Positions 43,996 through 56,632 of a stretch of 64,000 bases of DNA are shown here, one piece after another. The notes below the pieces were generated by a model. That model was not told where the DNA came from, searched no databases, and saw only the letters and a program-made list of their open reading frames with translations. The translations under genes were made by a program, and so were the position numbers. Every line of letters begins with the position of its first letter. Positions within the stretch are counted from its first letter, which is position 1. The DNA is from Takakia lepidozioides (lineage: Eukaryota > Plantae > Bryophyta): the NCBI GenBank assembly GCA_030704615.1, contig CM060733.1, positions 35,712,001 through 35,776,000 on the forward strand. The letters run 5' to 3'.

Positions 43996-46900
43996 ATGCC
44001 CTCCCCATTAAGTGGTTTCACACAAACTCATTATCTATCCCCAGTCACACATAGCATTTTCACTATGTGCAGTCAAGATAACTATTGCTGCATAGTTCAT
44101 CAAAACCCCGCCTCCTCCAGCCTTATATCTGAGGGACTACATAACTCTGTTTACATAGTTTCTACCTTATCCCTGAATATTAAAACTAAAGGCCCCCAAA
44201 CATTGCGCCCCTCAATAACAGCCACTTCTTCATACAACCGCCGTCACATTCAAACCCTTCAACCAAACGCCCCACTCCAAGTCATCCACAAACTGCACAT
44301 ATTTCAGCAATCTGCCACCTATCTGCTCATCCTAAATCTTTTAAAAATCCGACCATTCCTCTCTCCTCAGCACAGTCTTAATACTACAAGTGCTCTTAAC
44401 TACCACTTACAAATGCACTGTAGCACCCAGTACTACATACTTACTAGCTCTAGTAACTCTGTTCCACCCCACAACTTACCAAAGCGGTCTAACCCCACAC
44501 TAAATCCTACACTCCACACTTTGATTCTCAATTTGCAGACCAGTTGTCACCAAAAAACACCTAACTACGATATACTCACAAAGAAGGAAGTGCAAACTAT
44601 GCAGCTCCAAGACAGTAGTATCCATTCCCCTTACCATTTTCAAACTCCATCTGTGTACACCCTGTCACGAAAATCTGTCACGCAACAGAAGCTTGCACCA
44701 AATAAAATCTGGCTCTGCAACGTCACTCAATATTATCCGTACATTGAATGCCAAATACAAAATAACACTGTTCATACCTCTCAGGCCCCCAAGCAGACTA
44801 CAAATATTGTCAAGCAGTTATTACCACATGCAGGTAGCTCTGTGTCTATAACTGAGGCAACACCTCCTCCCAAGCAACTGCCATGCTACGACACACATCA
44901 GTTCTGTAGGCCACAGATTCCTCATATCCAAGGGTACCTCACATTACAACACAACCAATGTGAACTAACCCCTCCTGCAGCACTTAAAATAAGCACCCAC
45001 CCTCTGAGGAAAAACCAAGAAGGCAGCTTGGTCTTGGCCATGCTGATGCTAACCATCACGCACTATCCCCCTCATGTCCATTTCCAAAATATATCCATAT
45101 ACACACTGCCGCCACAGTTTGACATTCAACAAGAGCTCATACCAAATAAAATAGGGCCTCAACTCACCACTGAATATTGCCCATGCGCTGCAAACTGCCC
45201 CCCCCAAATACACAGCTCCGAGTTAATTCCACTATACTATGCCCTACACCAAAGTTTCCAGCAAGATCCCCCCTACATATTCACCCTGACTAGCACCTCC
45301 GGCTACACAGGGCTAGCAAAATCTAGCCACATTACATCTAACATTAGCCCGCAGGATCTTGGCAAGCCAGAACACAAGCAGCTATGCTCACCAAAACTCT
45401 GCCCCCGAGATAACATCGCTACCATCCCTCACAGACCCATGCTGGCTGTAAGTAACATTCCACCCTTGCTGAACATAGGGAGCTCTTTGACTACACTCCC
45501 TTATTGCTTATTACCCACTTACAAAAATCAAAAAGTGGCCACCAACGCCATGCCCAAGCTGCAACTCAAACATGCCCCCACGCACAGTCTTAACATGCAG
45601 CAAAAATGTATCTCCATCACACCCTATTATATCATCACAACGCTACTGACCCATCTGACTGGGCAATCACGGAACATTACCCCAAAACATCTGGTGCACT
45701 CGTTAACCTGCATGCTAAATACAAACTTTTCAACCCTTCACCTCCAGTGCACTTGCCAGTACTACCACACAACTATACTGCCCCCATTCACTAGGCGGTC
45801 TCAAACAGCCAACACTGGCCCTCATTATCTTGTCCTGTGTCACACCATCAGCCCACACCCTAGTCAAGGTCACTTTTGCTTCACAAATCAAACAACACCC
45901 CAAAACCACCAAGCCTACAACCAAACTACACTGTCAATGCACATGACTGCCTTAAATCCCCACACACTACACACACCTAGTGTAGTGTATATATATTGCC
46001 AAACACAAATATTATATACCACACTTTCCTACACTACAACTAGCATTACCCCACAGAAAAATAACAAACCCGAACATAGACATTTCTGCTCACCAAAACT
46101 CGGTCCACAAATTACCTTAGCTGCTACTCCTCCAAATTCATGTATGCAAATGGTAAGTGCCAAGCAACCCTTGTTTAATACATATGGCCTGCTGTGCCTG
46201 AACACTGTAACATCCCTACTACCTTGGCCCACCATAGAAGATACAATACTTGCTGGAAGAAAAAACTACATTTACACAAAACCCCCAACATTAATCAGAT
46301 CATCTGACTATGCTACACATCTCCTAGGGTTCAGACATATATACCTGCTGGCGATCTCTCATACCGTAACAGCACCCCCGACCTCTCTGGTTGGCCACAT
46401 GGACAACATTACTCGGCTACTAGAGCCTCTCTGTCTGATAATGCATCACGCTGTACTAACCCCGCTTGCCCCCCCATTCCCCTATCCATACAAAAAATGG
46501 ACACTCCAATTCCAAAATTCCACTACAAAACAAATTGGATACAATCACATGCCCCTTCAAAAATCATATGTATGGCTTGCTACATCCACTGACCATAATA
46601 TAAAACCCCAATGTTGGATACCTTGTTACTGGCCCACCTTTGCTACTCTGGACTTGTCGTCCTACCCCCACAATGCTCTGCAAAATCGCAATAACTGCAA
46701 ACCCATGAACAACTATATGCCACCCATTACCATTACCTGGCACAATCAATCTACTTCCTGGAACCCCATTTACTGGCCCCCGTACACAACCCTCAGAACA
46801 ACACATACCTCAACAAAGACTGCTCCATCCTCTATGCCAATAACTACTACAAAAACAGCCGCATACCTATATACTACACAATTAAAACAGACTGAATGCC

Positions 46901-47496
46901 AAATACTCACTCCCTGCTATGACTACAACAAACAACTTCCAGCAGTTAACAGCCCTTTTCAAAATAGCAAAAATAGGTCAACACGGACTGCAAGAGGTAC
47001 TGAATATGATTCTGAATCAAGATATATAACCGCCAACACTCTCCTGCTGCTCCTTCCCAATGAATTCCTCCTGTTGAAAATACAAACCCACATCCTGCTT
47101 TGCAAGCCAAGAGTCTCCTGCCCCCATTGTAGCTACCACCGGAACCCCAAATTAAAACTACTCCCCCCTCTTCATAATATTAGCACTGCAATCACAGTAC
47201 CAAAACATAAATCCAAGCTCGCCTATTACTGTACAGATGTTGTATTAACGGAACCAAGGCATGTAACCAAATTCTCTTACTGTCCCACAGCCGCCAAAAC
47301 ACGACATTTGACACTCAACTCCCTTCAACGTAAAAGCCATATAAAAACACATCGCCTCAGTGAATTGGGCATCCCGCGCGCTACAGGTTCAATTCCATGC
47401 TCTCTCAAATTCAGACACACCACACATACTCAGGAAAAGGCCCTAAATATACATCGAACACTGAACCAACATCCTATATGGAAATGCTCAACATAA
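43996..47496 (+). CDS. 1166-codon low-complexity (H/T/Q/P/L/Y-rich) ORF within the large LINE
   Basis: Stop-free for 3.5 kb despite A/T content that gives frequent stops in the other frames. Contains internal repeats (KPEHKQLCSPKLCP / KPEHRHFCSPKLGP). Confidence 0.45.
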   Translation: MPSPLSGFTQTHYLSPVTHSIFTMCSQDNYCCIVHQNPASSSLISEGLHNSVYIVSTLSLNIKTKGPQTLRPSITATSSYNRRHIQTLQPNAPLQVIHKLHIFQQSATYLLILNLLKIRPFLSPQHSLNTTSALNYHLQMHCSTQYYILTSSSNSVPPHNLPKRSNPTLNPTLHTLILNLQTSCHQKTPNYDILTKKEVQTMQLQDSSIHSPYHFQTPSVYTLSRKSVTQQKLAPNKIWLCNVTQYYPYIECQIQNNTVHTSQAPKQTTNIVKQLLPHAGSSVSITEATPPPKQLPCYDTHQFCRPQIPHIQGYLTLQHNQCELTPPAALKISTHPLRKNQEGSLVLAMLMLTITHYPPHVHFQNISIYTLPPQFDIQQELIPNKIGPQLTTEYCPCAANCPPQIHSSELIPLYYALHQSFQQDPPYIFTLTSTSGYTGLAKSSHITSNISPQDLGKPEHKQLCSPKLCPRDNIATIPHRPMLAVSNIPPLLNIGSSLTTLPYCLLPTYKNQKVATNAMPKLQLKHAPTHSLNMQQKCISITPYYIITTLLTHLTGQSRNITPKHLVHSLTCMLNTNFSTLHLQCTCQYYHTTILPPFTRRSQTANTGPHYLVLCHTISPHPSQGHFCFTNQTTPQNHQAYNQTTLSMHMTALNPHTLHTPSVVYIYCQTQILYTTLSYTTTSITPQKNNKPEHRHFCSPKLGPQITLAATPPNSCMQMVSAKQPLFNTYGLLCLNTVTSLLPWPTIEDTILAGRKNYIYTKPPTLIRSSDYATHLLGFRHIYLLAISHTVTAPPTSLVGHMDNITRLLEPLCLIMHHAVLTPLAPPFPYPYKKWTLQFQNSTTKQIGYNHMPLQKSYVWLATSTDHNIKPQCWIPCYWPTFATLDLSSYPHNALQNRNNCKPMNNYMPPITITWHNQSTSWNPIYWPPYTTLRTTHTSTKTAPSSMPITTTKTAAYLYTTQLKQTECQILTPCYDYNKQLPAVNSPFQNSKNRSTRTARGTEYDSESRYITANTLLLLLPNEFLLLKIQTHILLCKPRVSCPHCSYHRNPKLKLLPPLHNISTAITVPKHKSKLAYYCTDVVLTEPRHVTKFSYCPTAAKTRHLTLNSLQRKSHIKTHRLSELGIPRATGSIPCSLKFRHTTHTQEKALNIHRTLNQHPIWKCST

Positions 47497-48342
47497 ACAC
47501 CTCCCCCCTCACTCCACAAACCCTAAAGAAATCTTCCGCATTTTAATCTTTTATCGAACTTGCAGGCCCAAATGCAAGCTGATGCAGTACACTTCACCTC
47601 GCAAAAAGCTTAACTGCTAGCTACAGGAACAAAAACAACTTGATGTGTCCTTAACGCAACCCAGACCAGCTGACATTTGGCCTACAACGGTTAACGAACA
47701 TACCCTCATAAAATCACAATCTCTAAAAAAATGGGCCCCTTCTAGAATAAGACCACCAAATATCTTTTGGCCCCGTCAAAATTAACGCAAACCATTGCTC
47801 GCCCAACACTATTAATAACTACGTCCTCCACCAACTACACCATACTGAGTGGATTGACCCCAATGTATCACAAATGCCAAAAAATATCCATTCACCTAGA
47901 GCCACACACCCATCAATACAACATCGAAACCCTTCTACAACGCTTTTTAGTAATCGCCCTCCACACGTATACGAACATCCACCTTCACAATCTAAAAACA
48001 CTAGCTCCTCACCCCAGTATTCCTCCACAACCTCTCTTGCTATCTGAGCCAATCCCACATCTCTCCCACTCCTCATTGCCACGCCAATCCTTTTACAACA
48101 CCATCGGTGCAACATCCTACGATAATTTCCATCATAGATGTGGCATTTGGGGAAGACCGAGGAAAACATACAATCACCATCAAAGAAAAACACCCCACAA
48201 ACATATTTATTTTTTATTCAACAAGCCACAACAAATCCCACAAATACCCTCAAGCAGACTGTATTATGCCCCAAAAATCTCCAAACAAGCTAGACGCAAA
48301 TTGCAAAAATGGATGCACATCCACAAACACGTGCACCTTCAT

Positions 48343-51300
48343 CTAATGCTCATGCGATGTGGGGACAGCCACCACAACCCGGCCCCCCGAAACAACCGCC
48401 GTCATACCCAACAGAACACACATAATCCAATACAAACTGTTGTAAATCATCTCCCTAAGGCGGCAAAAGCTAGGTACACTTTATACTTTTAACCCGACAC
48501 AATCTCTCTAAAATTGGAGTACACTCATCTACACAACCTCTTCAGTCCATATCTACCCAAAGCCACTTATGCTTTGGATCTGGACGCCCCAGAAGCGCCG
48601 CCATATGGTATAACCACCTCTGAGTACCCAATCGTTGCCCATAATAGCTACAAACTGCGATCCCACTCTATAGATCATGTACTATTTGTATATCTCCAAA
48701 GCCTAAATCTTGTAATATCATGTTATCCGAAAGCTTGGAGGCCTGAATAATAACCACGCTAACAAAACTCCAAGGGTTACCAAATAACTCCTCCCAGTAT
48801 AAAGCCCAACCGCACCCCCTCAATTTCTGTTCAAGATTCCCTTCACCTTCTTCAAGCCCCACCAGGCCATATACACCAGCTACTTACAACATATATCAAA
48901 TCTCTACCTCCAACAATCCATCCTACTATTCAGGATATTTCTGCAGCATTTCCTTTTATCTCGCATGACATTTTATCTGCCACGCTAAATACCCTTACAT
49001 ATCTACTCGGTTACCAAACGACCAAACGCACGCCACAATGTGACAACACACCACAGTGTGACAATGCAGTGCCCACTGTACACCAACCTACACCACCGCC
49101 ACTCTCTTATACCCTAGACAACCCACAAGACAACCTTATAGACCAACCCTTAATATGCCTTACGTGGAATGTGGGATCCATTGCCTCCAGCTTGCCAACC
49201 CTTTCACTAATTCTTCAAAACTCAAACCCTCCCCATATTATTCTACTACAAGAAACCAAACTCAATTCGCACTCGCCCAACAAATATATCAACAGAATAC
49301 TGCTTGACCACCACATCATCTATGGGAGCCCCCCATCACCAGGAAAATATAATAGACGACGCTCACTACCATATCAGCCGACTCGTGGAGGCCTAGCCAT
49401 TGGTATACACAAATCCATGCACTCACAAGAAACAACTACAAATCCCGTATCCCCACGCACCTTAAAACTCACCTCCAAATTGTTGAGATTCACATTAGCC
49501 CTTATCCAAAACTACTTATCATTCATTTATATATGCCCTCACACCCGGACGATATAGCCCTTACTCCCGATATTCTACAACAAATTGTGAGCTTTGCTAA
49601 CAACCCACTCCACTCCTTATCCACAATCCTCCTTGCAGGTGACTTCAACAGAGACCGATCTATGTTGGGTAGATTACATGACTGTACACTTCTCTCCCTC
49701 TCCAAAAGACATAGAATGGTCAACTTTTACCCAAACGCATGGATTCCAATACATCACTACAAACCAGGCTTTCTCTAGGCAAGGAGGACTAAACTATATC
49801 TCGCATAGCCTCATTGATGGGTACTACCTCAAAATACCTAGAAATAATCCCACACAGCTGTATAGTACAATCCTGTATGATCCCATATATAACTCTGACC
49901 ATTACCCAGTTATTCTCTGCATCCCCACGCATATAGTGCCTATAGGTCCAGTCCTAAATGGCCCCTCGCTAGACACAAGGCCACGTATTCCCACTCCTAT
50001 CCCCCCCTCTTCTATTTTGGCATTCCAAGCCAAGTTTCGATCCATTTCCGGTATAGTTTTATATCTGATTTTGAAACAATACTAGATCGATATTCAGCAA
50101 ACCCCACCCTTCAAATTTGGGAAGACGCAAGCTCCAAGCTAGAACAAATATTCACTCAAATTACAGAATCCACGCTACATACATGCACAAAGTTCCCTGC
50201 TCCAGTACAAACTGAACAATAAAAAATAAACGGAGGATACTTGACAAGAACACAACAGAGAAAATGGCAAGCACAATTAAATATCCACCACAAAATCCGC
50301 AAAGCTATTACAATCCTCTCATCTGAGCCACGAGACCCCCAATGGAGAAATACCCCATCTATTATAGACCTAAACACAATAGTAGCTTGCAGCACAGATT
50401 TCCCGATACCCCAGAATGATGCAGACATACATACATGGCTCATATCTCTCTCCCGAATTGGTCGAGATGCAAAGAAAAATGCCTATAATATCACCAAACA
50501 ACAATCCAAAGACAACCAGAAGAAATTTGTTCAATCATACTGTAAGATGCTACAAGACAAGCCTCGCCTCATACATAAATCAATCTTCAATCCTTCCCCC
50601 TCTCTTTCTTTAGATGTAATACGAGACAACGCAAGAACTCTACACACCTCTCCAACCTCTATCAATAAAATCGTCTTTCAGCAAGCTAAGACCACATACC
50701 AACCACAAGCACATGCATGTTTCTAACCATCGCATCACATACAACACTGTGCATGCCAAGCCAGACATTATCCTTGGCATGATATAGACGGATTTAAACT
50801 CGAGCGAAGGGGACCCTTACAACTCGACTTAAGCGCTTACCTCACCCTAGAGGTCTACCATTCCTGCCTCAAATCTCTCTCTAACTCCAAAGCGCCAGGC
50901 CCAGACAACATACCTAATGAAATACTCAAGGCATTGGACCCACACTTCCATTGATTAATCCATCGCTTCTTTGTGATGTGCTATCAGCTCCATAGAATTC
51001 CCAAAGGCTGGAAAAACAGTCGTACAATACTAATTTACAAAAAAGACGACCCTACCCAATTAGGCAACTACAGACCTATAGCTCTTGCTAACACCCTTTA
51101 CAAGCTATTTACTAGCACATTGACCACCCTTCTCACATCCTTCGGAGAACAACATCATATTCTTAGTGACTCGCAAGAGGGATTTCGAACTGCCAGAAGC
51201 ACAAACCGGCAAATCCAACTCATTATTTCGGCTTTAGAAGATGCACGTTTTACTCAACAAGACATATTTTTGCTATACATTGACTTTAAAAATGCATTTG

Positions 51301-54300
51301 GCTCAATTGACCATGCGCGTCTACTAGCCGTTATGACTGATCTAAGATACCCGCAAGACGCAATCATGCTCATTGGCAATATTTATACTGAAGCCACCAC
51401 CACATACTCCGGGCCTTCATTTGGCAATACATCACCTATACCAATTCATAGAGGTACCATACAAAGGGACACACTTAGCCCATATCTTTTTATTGTCTTT
51501 CTAGAACCCCTACTTCGCTGGCTCGCTCGAGGTAACATAGGATACCAATACATTACGTCTCCCAATAACATCCCAACAGCTGTCTATGCAGATGATCTTG
51601 TACTGCTATCCAACAAATCCAGTCATCTCAATCGACAAGTGAAAAAACTAGAAAGATTCAATAAATGGGCAGCAATGGAACTAAGCTTACATAAATGTGC
51701 TATCACGACGATCAGCCATCATACCAAACACAACACACAAGCCCTCTCAAGAACACTAAATAACACGGTACTATATAATACCCAACCCTTCCCATGTTTG
51801 GACCAAGACGACCCATACACATATTTGGGTATACAATTGACACCATCTCTTAAGTGGAGTGCTCAAAAAGACATAACCCAGAAAAAACTCCTCTCACAAG
51901 CATCTGCTTTATTGAACTCGCCAGCCACAATGCGCCAGAAATTATTTATTCTCGACACAGTACTCAGAACTTCTATAGAATATCCTTTTCATGCAACACC
52001 ATTCTCTATCCCGGACATAAACGCACTGGATAGAATCATTATACGCTTATCGAAACAAATATGTGGACTCCCAAATAGCACCCCCAATGCACTAGTGCAG
52101 TTACCCAGGAGCCTCTATGGTATCGGTTCTACAACTTTAGCTGAGGCCTACGCTAGAATGTTGGGAACACAGCAGCAGGAAGCTCTAAACGATATTGGTA
52201 AACTGGGGAATATTTATCAAGGACTCCTTAAGCATGTCGCCTCGAAATTTGGTGGCTTAGCAAATTTACCGGCTATCAACCCCATTGCATGCACCCACTC
52301 CCCTATCACCAGGACCCTCTTCATACTCAAACATATGCACATTACTCTGGACAATACTATGCCCACAATCCAACTTCATTACACATCCCTAGAAAATGCT
52401 TGGGACACAAGCCCACAAATTCATCTCTTCAACCCAGACAACATATCTCGTAAACAAACCACTCTAAAATTCTTTATGCAATTTAACATCACCACAGTCA
52501 GACAACTTATAGATGCTAATGGCACCAGACTTATTGACCCAGATGCTTTTCGACTAAAATACCCTAAACCATCATCGCGCTCCCAACATGTTCATTTGCA
52601 ACACCTCCAAACACTACTATGTTTTTCCACTCCTGCTTGTCTAACCCACACATGTCCAAGACAATGTAACTCTTCGCCCCATCACCCATAGGAGCTACTC
52701 CCTCGCTATTTATCGAGCCCGATGCAAAACCAAATCCAATCACTATTCCATGGCTTCATCCTAAACCCAACAAGCGTCCACCCCACACAACCAGCTCAAA
52801 CACCCCAACCACAGCCCCCACAACCAAATACTATATCGTCCCCACTTGCTATTCAACCCACAGGACACCCCGTAACACCCGCCCACACATTAGAGGAAAT
52901 ACAAGGCATAACTCAAAAAATGTCTTTGGATCAATATGGAGCCACATGTGTCAAAACTCTATACAAATTGTCAATGGAAGGGATCATCCCCCAAACGTAA
53001 CACCTGGGAAAACAATGACCAACTTTTTGGCACCCATGGTAACCCAAATCTACACCATAATATTCAAATGGTTACCGAATACCACCGACGAACCAACACC
53101 CACTACTTATCGCATATTCATACCCAACATGCGGATGAACCACAAGCCAACGATAGACGTTTCATCAGCCCGCCACGAAGTATCCCAAATCTACACATCT
53201 CTATAGCTGAATGTAACCCAGATAAAGACATCCTGAAGTCCCAGGCCCACATTCACACTCACAATAACTTGGCACACATATATGGGCCACTAGGGTACTA
53301 CATTGGTAACATAACACTCCAAAGATTGGAGTGGTTATGGAAAAGATTTCATTCCAACCCACCCAACCTCACAGACATGCATACGCCATCAGCATTTACA
53401 GTATAAGTCTCCAGACTCATCCAATGCTACGCCCAAGACCTACCACCCAAAACACCCACAACAACAAACAAACTTTCACTTGCACACTCCCACTCGACCC
53501 TCCCCGCACTCCTTCTAGACTTCCTCACCACGGAGCTGCAACTCACTCACTCATACTACTCTAACCCTCTCACATGCCCATTGGGTTTATCTACTTACTC
53601 GAGCTTACACAACATTGATCAGCACTTTGGATACCTGGGGGCTGCAAGGTCCCACCAGTGGCAAGGACGAGGGTTTGCACACCCCCCTAATGCCACTTCT
53701 GCCAGTGAAGCGCTTCATTGGGCGCGCATTGCTGTACATAAATCATTCACCATCTTATTTATTCCTAATACTAACCATACCAACTCTAAACACCCAATAC
53801 TAAGCGACCCCCCTGGAGTATTCATGTTAGCTACATTTGAGCCTCGCTCAGTCATTTATCAACCCCCACCGCCGTGGCGCAATTACATGAAATATCCAGA
53901 ACCATTATTAACTAAACTGGTATGTGTACACCACTCACAAGACCCGCAAATACCTATCACTTTCTACCATCAACTGGACCGGATTCTAAAACATTTATTT
54001 GGTCACACAGCCACGGTTTACCCGCCTACCCAAATTCCCAACAAATATCCCCAAATCAATCCGGACAAACCATAGAGACATGTGACCCCTAGGCCTCTTT
54101 GGGCAGCGAGACCAAAAACCTTTGCTATACCACTTCCAGATTTCACGGAACCCACAACCGTAAAATTCCAACCACAGAAATGCATATACACTGATGGCTC
54201 CTTAAAAGATGCCCAAGCGGGTTATGGTATATATTTGGTTGGCACCAATACCAAAATATATAGCCATCTCCCTGGTCGCCAGAACATCCTACGAACGGAG

Positions 54301-55260
54301 CTTATGGCTATACATGATGCTGTCAAGTCTCTCCCCTACCAACCTACTTCAACATACTATTTATTTACAGACAGCTTGGTCTCCCTATACCTTCTCACCA
54401 ACCAAATTTGCATGCCATCATCACAGATTCACTATCCTGATATTACACTTATAAAAGGAATCGTCGATGTTGTATCATCTTTACCGCTGCAAATCCATAT
54501 ACACAAAGTTCGATCTCACACAGACATAATAGGTAATGACATAGCAGACCATCTTGCCCAACTTGGTGCTATACAGCCAATCATCAACCCCTCGACCAGC
54601 CCTATCCACCGGTCGCACACATACCCGTTTTGGCTCATCTCAACAAGGGCTAGATTCCCGACCATAGCACCTATACGGAATCTGCACACACACATTCAAG
54701 GCGAGACCAAACTACTTATACAAGAATCCCGCACCTACAGAAATTCGTACATATCTAAGTGGGTCTTGTCCCCACACCTGCTACATAGTATGTCCAATCA
54801 TTTTTGGACATCCCCCAGGGTTACCGATGCACAAATCAAACAAACTTTAAAATTTTGGTATGGTCAATACATGGGCAATCAACGACGGAACTTGTTCTGG
54901 CCATTATTATACCCCAATAAACACTGCGTGTTATGTTCATCCCAAAATCCCCAAATAGATACATGGCCACACTTACTTATCCACTGCAACCACCCCATAA
55001 TACATGGATTGCGGGTAACCAGACATAACCAAGGAATTAGACAACTCCACAAAATTCTCACTTCACATCCAAAATCCAGATTGTTTAACCTCATCAATGC
55101 AGGCACATTCCAAGGTCGCCCACCGGACCACACCATAACCCCCATGGCTCCTACCGTGTATATGCTCCCAAGGACACCCGTGCCTTTGTCTAGCAAGACT
55201 ATGCCAAGATATTTTGCCAGTCCAGGGACTTCCTATACAGGCATTGCCACCGACAGAACC
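48343..55260 (+). pseudogene. Pol/ORF2 of the large LINE: 2A-like motif, APE, RT, chromodomain-like, MTase-like, RNase H, CCHC plus partial RLE; many stops and frameshifts
   Basis: APE: LTWNVGSI, IILLQET, LAGDFN, IDGYY, SDHYPV. RT: KAPGPDNIP, NYRPIAL, QEGFR, YIDFKNAFGS, DTLSP, YADDL, YLGI. RNase H: IYTDGS, ILRTELMAI, FTDS, KVRSH..GNDIADHLA. C-terminus: CVLC..DTWPHLLIHC..RHNQ..RLCQDIL. Confidence 0.88.
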
Positions 55261-56127
55261 GCTTCCATCCGTCTCCTAATAATCTGTTGGACAAATCTTC
55301 CAGCATTGCTGAATTGTACGGGTCAATTGTTCTATGCCTAGGAGCTTGTTCCATCTTAGTACACTTGATTCATTTCTTCCGTATAGTTTCAATGTCCTTC
55401 GCTGCCGTCTTCCCCTTCCAGATTGCCGGGAAGCGTCTTAGACCTGATAACAGCGGCATGGGTCAACATTGACATCAACAGGCTTGTTAATTGGTTATGC
55501 AATGCTGAAGAACCAGCCAATGAATTTCCGCGTGTACTTTCCGATATGGTTCCTTAAAGGCAAGGAACCAAAAGTAGGAAATTTGGTTGAAGAGCTATGC
55601 ACACGTGATGGATTGGATATGGATCGCCCTGCGGATGGCGGAAGCGGAATTGATCGAGCACGGTGGTCTGGACGTCTGGACTCGGCAGTATTTTTCCTTG
55701 TCCTTTTGTTGGGGTACAATTCATTATCTGTATGTAGGCTTACTTAGAGGACATTGAGGTTTCTAAGTGGGGCTTCGTTTGGGAGTGAGGTTGCAAGGAG
55801 TGAGAACCTCTCTCTATCAATAGCCAACATCGCACTCTCTTTTGGTGTCTCCCATGTCTTCTGCCTGGCATAGGGTCCACGGAGCTTCTAAATTTTTGAC
55901 TGCGACGCAGAGTGTACTTAAAAGGTGCGAGGACCAACTAAAAGATTAACTGTGCCCATTCACCAGGTGTACTGTCCCAGGTTGCAAGGAGACACTGACC
56001 TTCTCCAATGCCGACGCGATGTCTGTATATACTTATAGCACCGGTTCGGGCTGGATCACAACTGTGAGGGCTTGAGAAGGGCAAATTAATAAGAACAGGA
56101 AGCCTAAACCCCTTTGGCAACAATCTT

Positions 56128-56535
56128 ATGAAGAGTTTCAGAGAGAAAACCTCGCTTGCAACAGTGGCCCAGTCTAACCGGGTGACAAAACGTGCAGCGC
56201 AGGGGACATCATCTGCTCAACCAGCAGGGGCTCTTGCAGGAGCACTAGCTGAGCTGCAAACAGCAGCTTCATCTGTTAGGACCTCCATGGAGGCTGGCAT
56301 GGACAGACTAACTGTAAGCACTAATGAGCTTTTGGATACTGTTACGGGCACCTCATATACAAGACAAAATCCAGGGTTCCAAACACCTCTTCCTTCACAG
56401 CAGTTGAGAGTCCAGCCAGCACTTGAAAGGGAAGAGTTCCCACAATGGCAGGCCCAGTTGGGGAGGGTAGGAGAATTGATACAACATGTGGAAAGCTTAC
56501 ATGCGGAGGCGTTGGAGGTGATCCAGACGTACTGA
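56128..56535 (+). CDS. 135-aa ORF of unknown function with predicted helical/coiled-coil character; possibly a TE-gene remnant
   Basis: Protein-like composition (LAGALAELQTAASSVRTSMEAGMDRL; LGRVGELIQHVESLHAEALEV). Ends 97 bp before the Y3IP1 start codon. Confidence 0.3.
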   Translation: MKSFREKTSLATVAQSNRVTKRAAQGTSSAQPAGALAGALAELQTAASSVRTSMEAGMDRLTVSTNELLDTVTGTSYTRQNPGFQTPLPSQQLRVQPALEREEFPQWQAQLGRVGELIQHVESLHAEALEVIQTY

Positions 56536-56632
56536 GTGACATGGATGAATAATCCTAAAGTCATCACAAGCGCCCTTTGAGACTACACACTCTGGGTGGG
56601 ATAGTATCTCTGGCGCTCCCTTCAGCGGAGCT

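Larger units (their letters stand above)
39480..55260 (+). mobile_element. Very large, decayed non-LTR retrotransposon with Dualen/RandI-like architecture (APE + RT + RNase H + start of RLE); 3'-truncated
   Basis: Continuous A/C-rich strand skew from ~39480 to 55260. Domain order: ORF1, long low-complexity ORF, 2A-like motif, APE, RT, chromo-like, MTase-like, RNase H, CCHC-RHN-(P)D. Boundaries approximate; no TSD found. Confidence 0.75.

Noticed and set aside
55480-55600. Crypton/tyrosine-recombinase remnant (PLRNHIGKYTRKF on the minus strand)
   Set aside because: Only one short, weak resemblance; no catalytic R-H-R-Y motifs visible.
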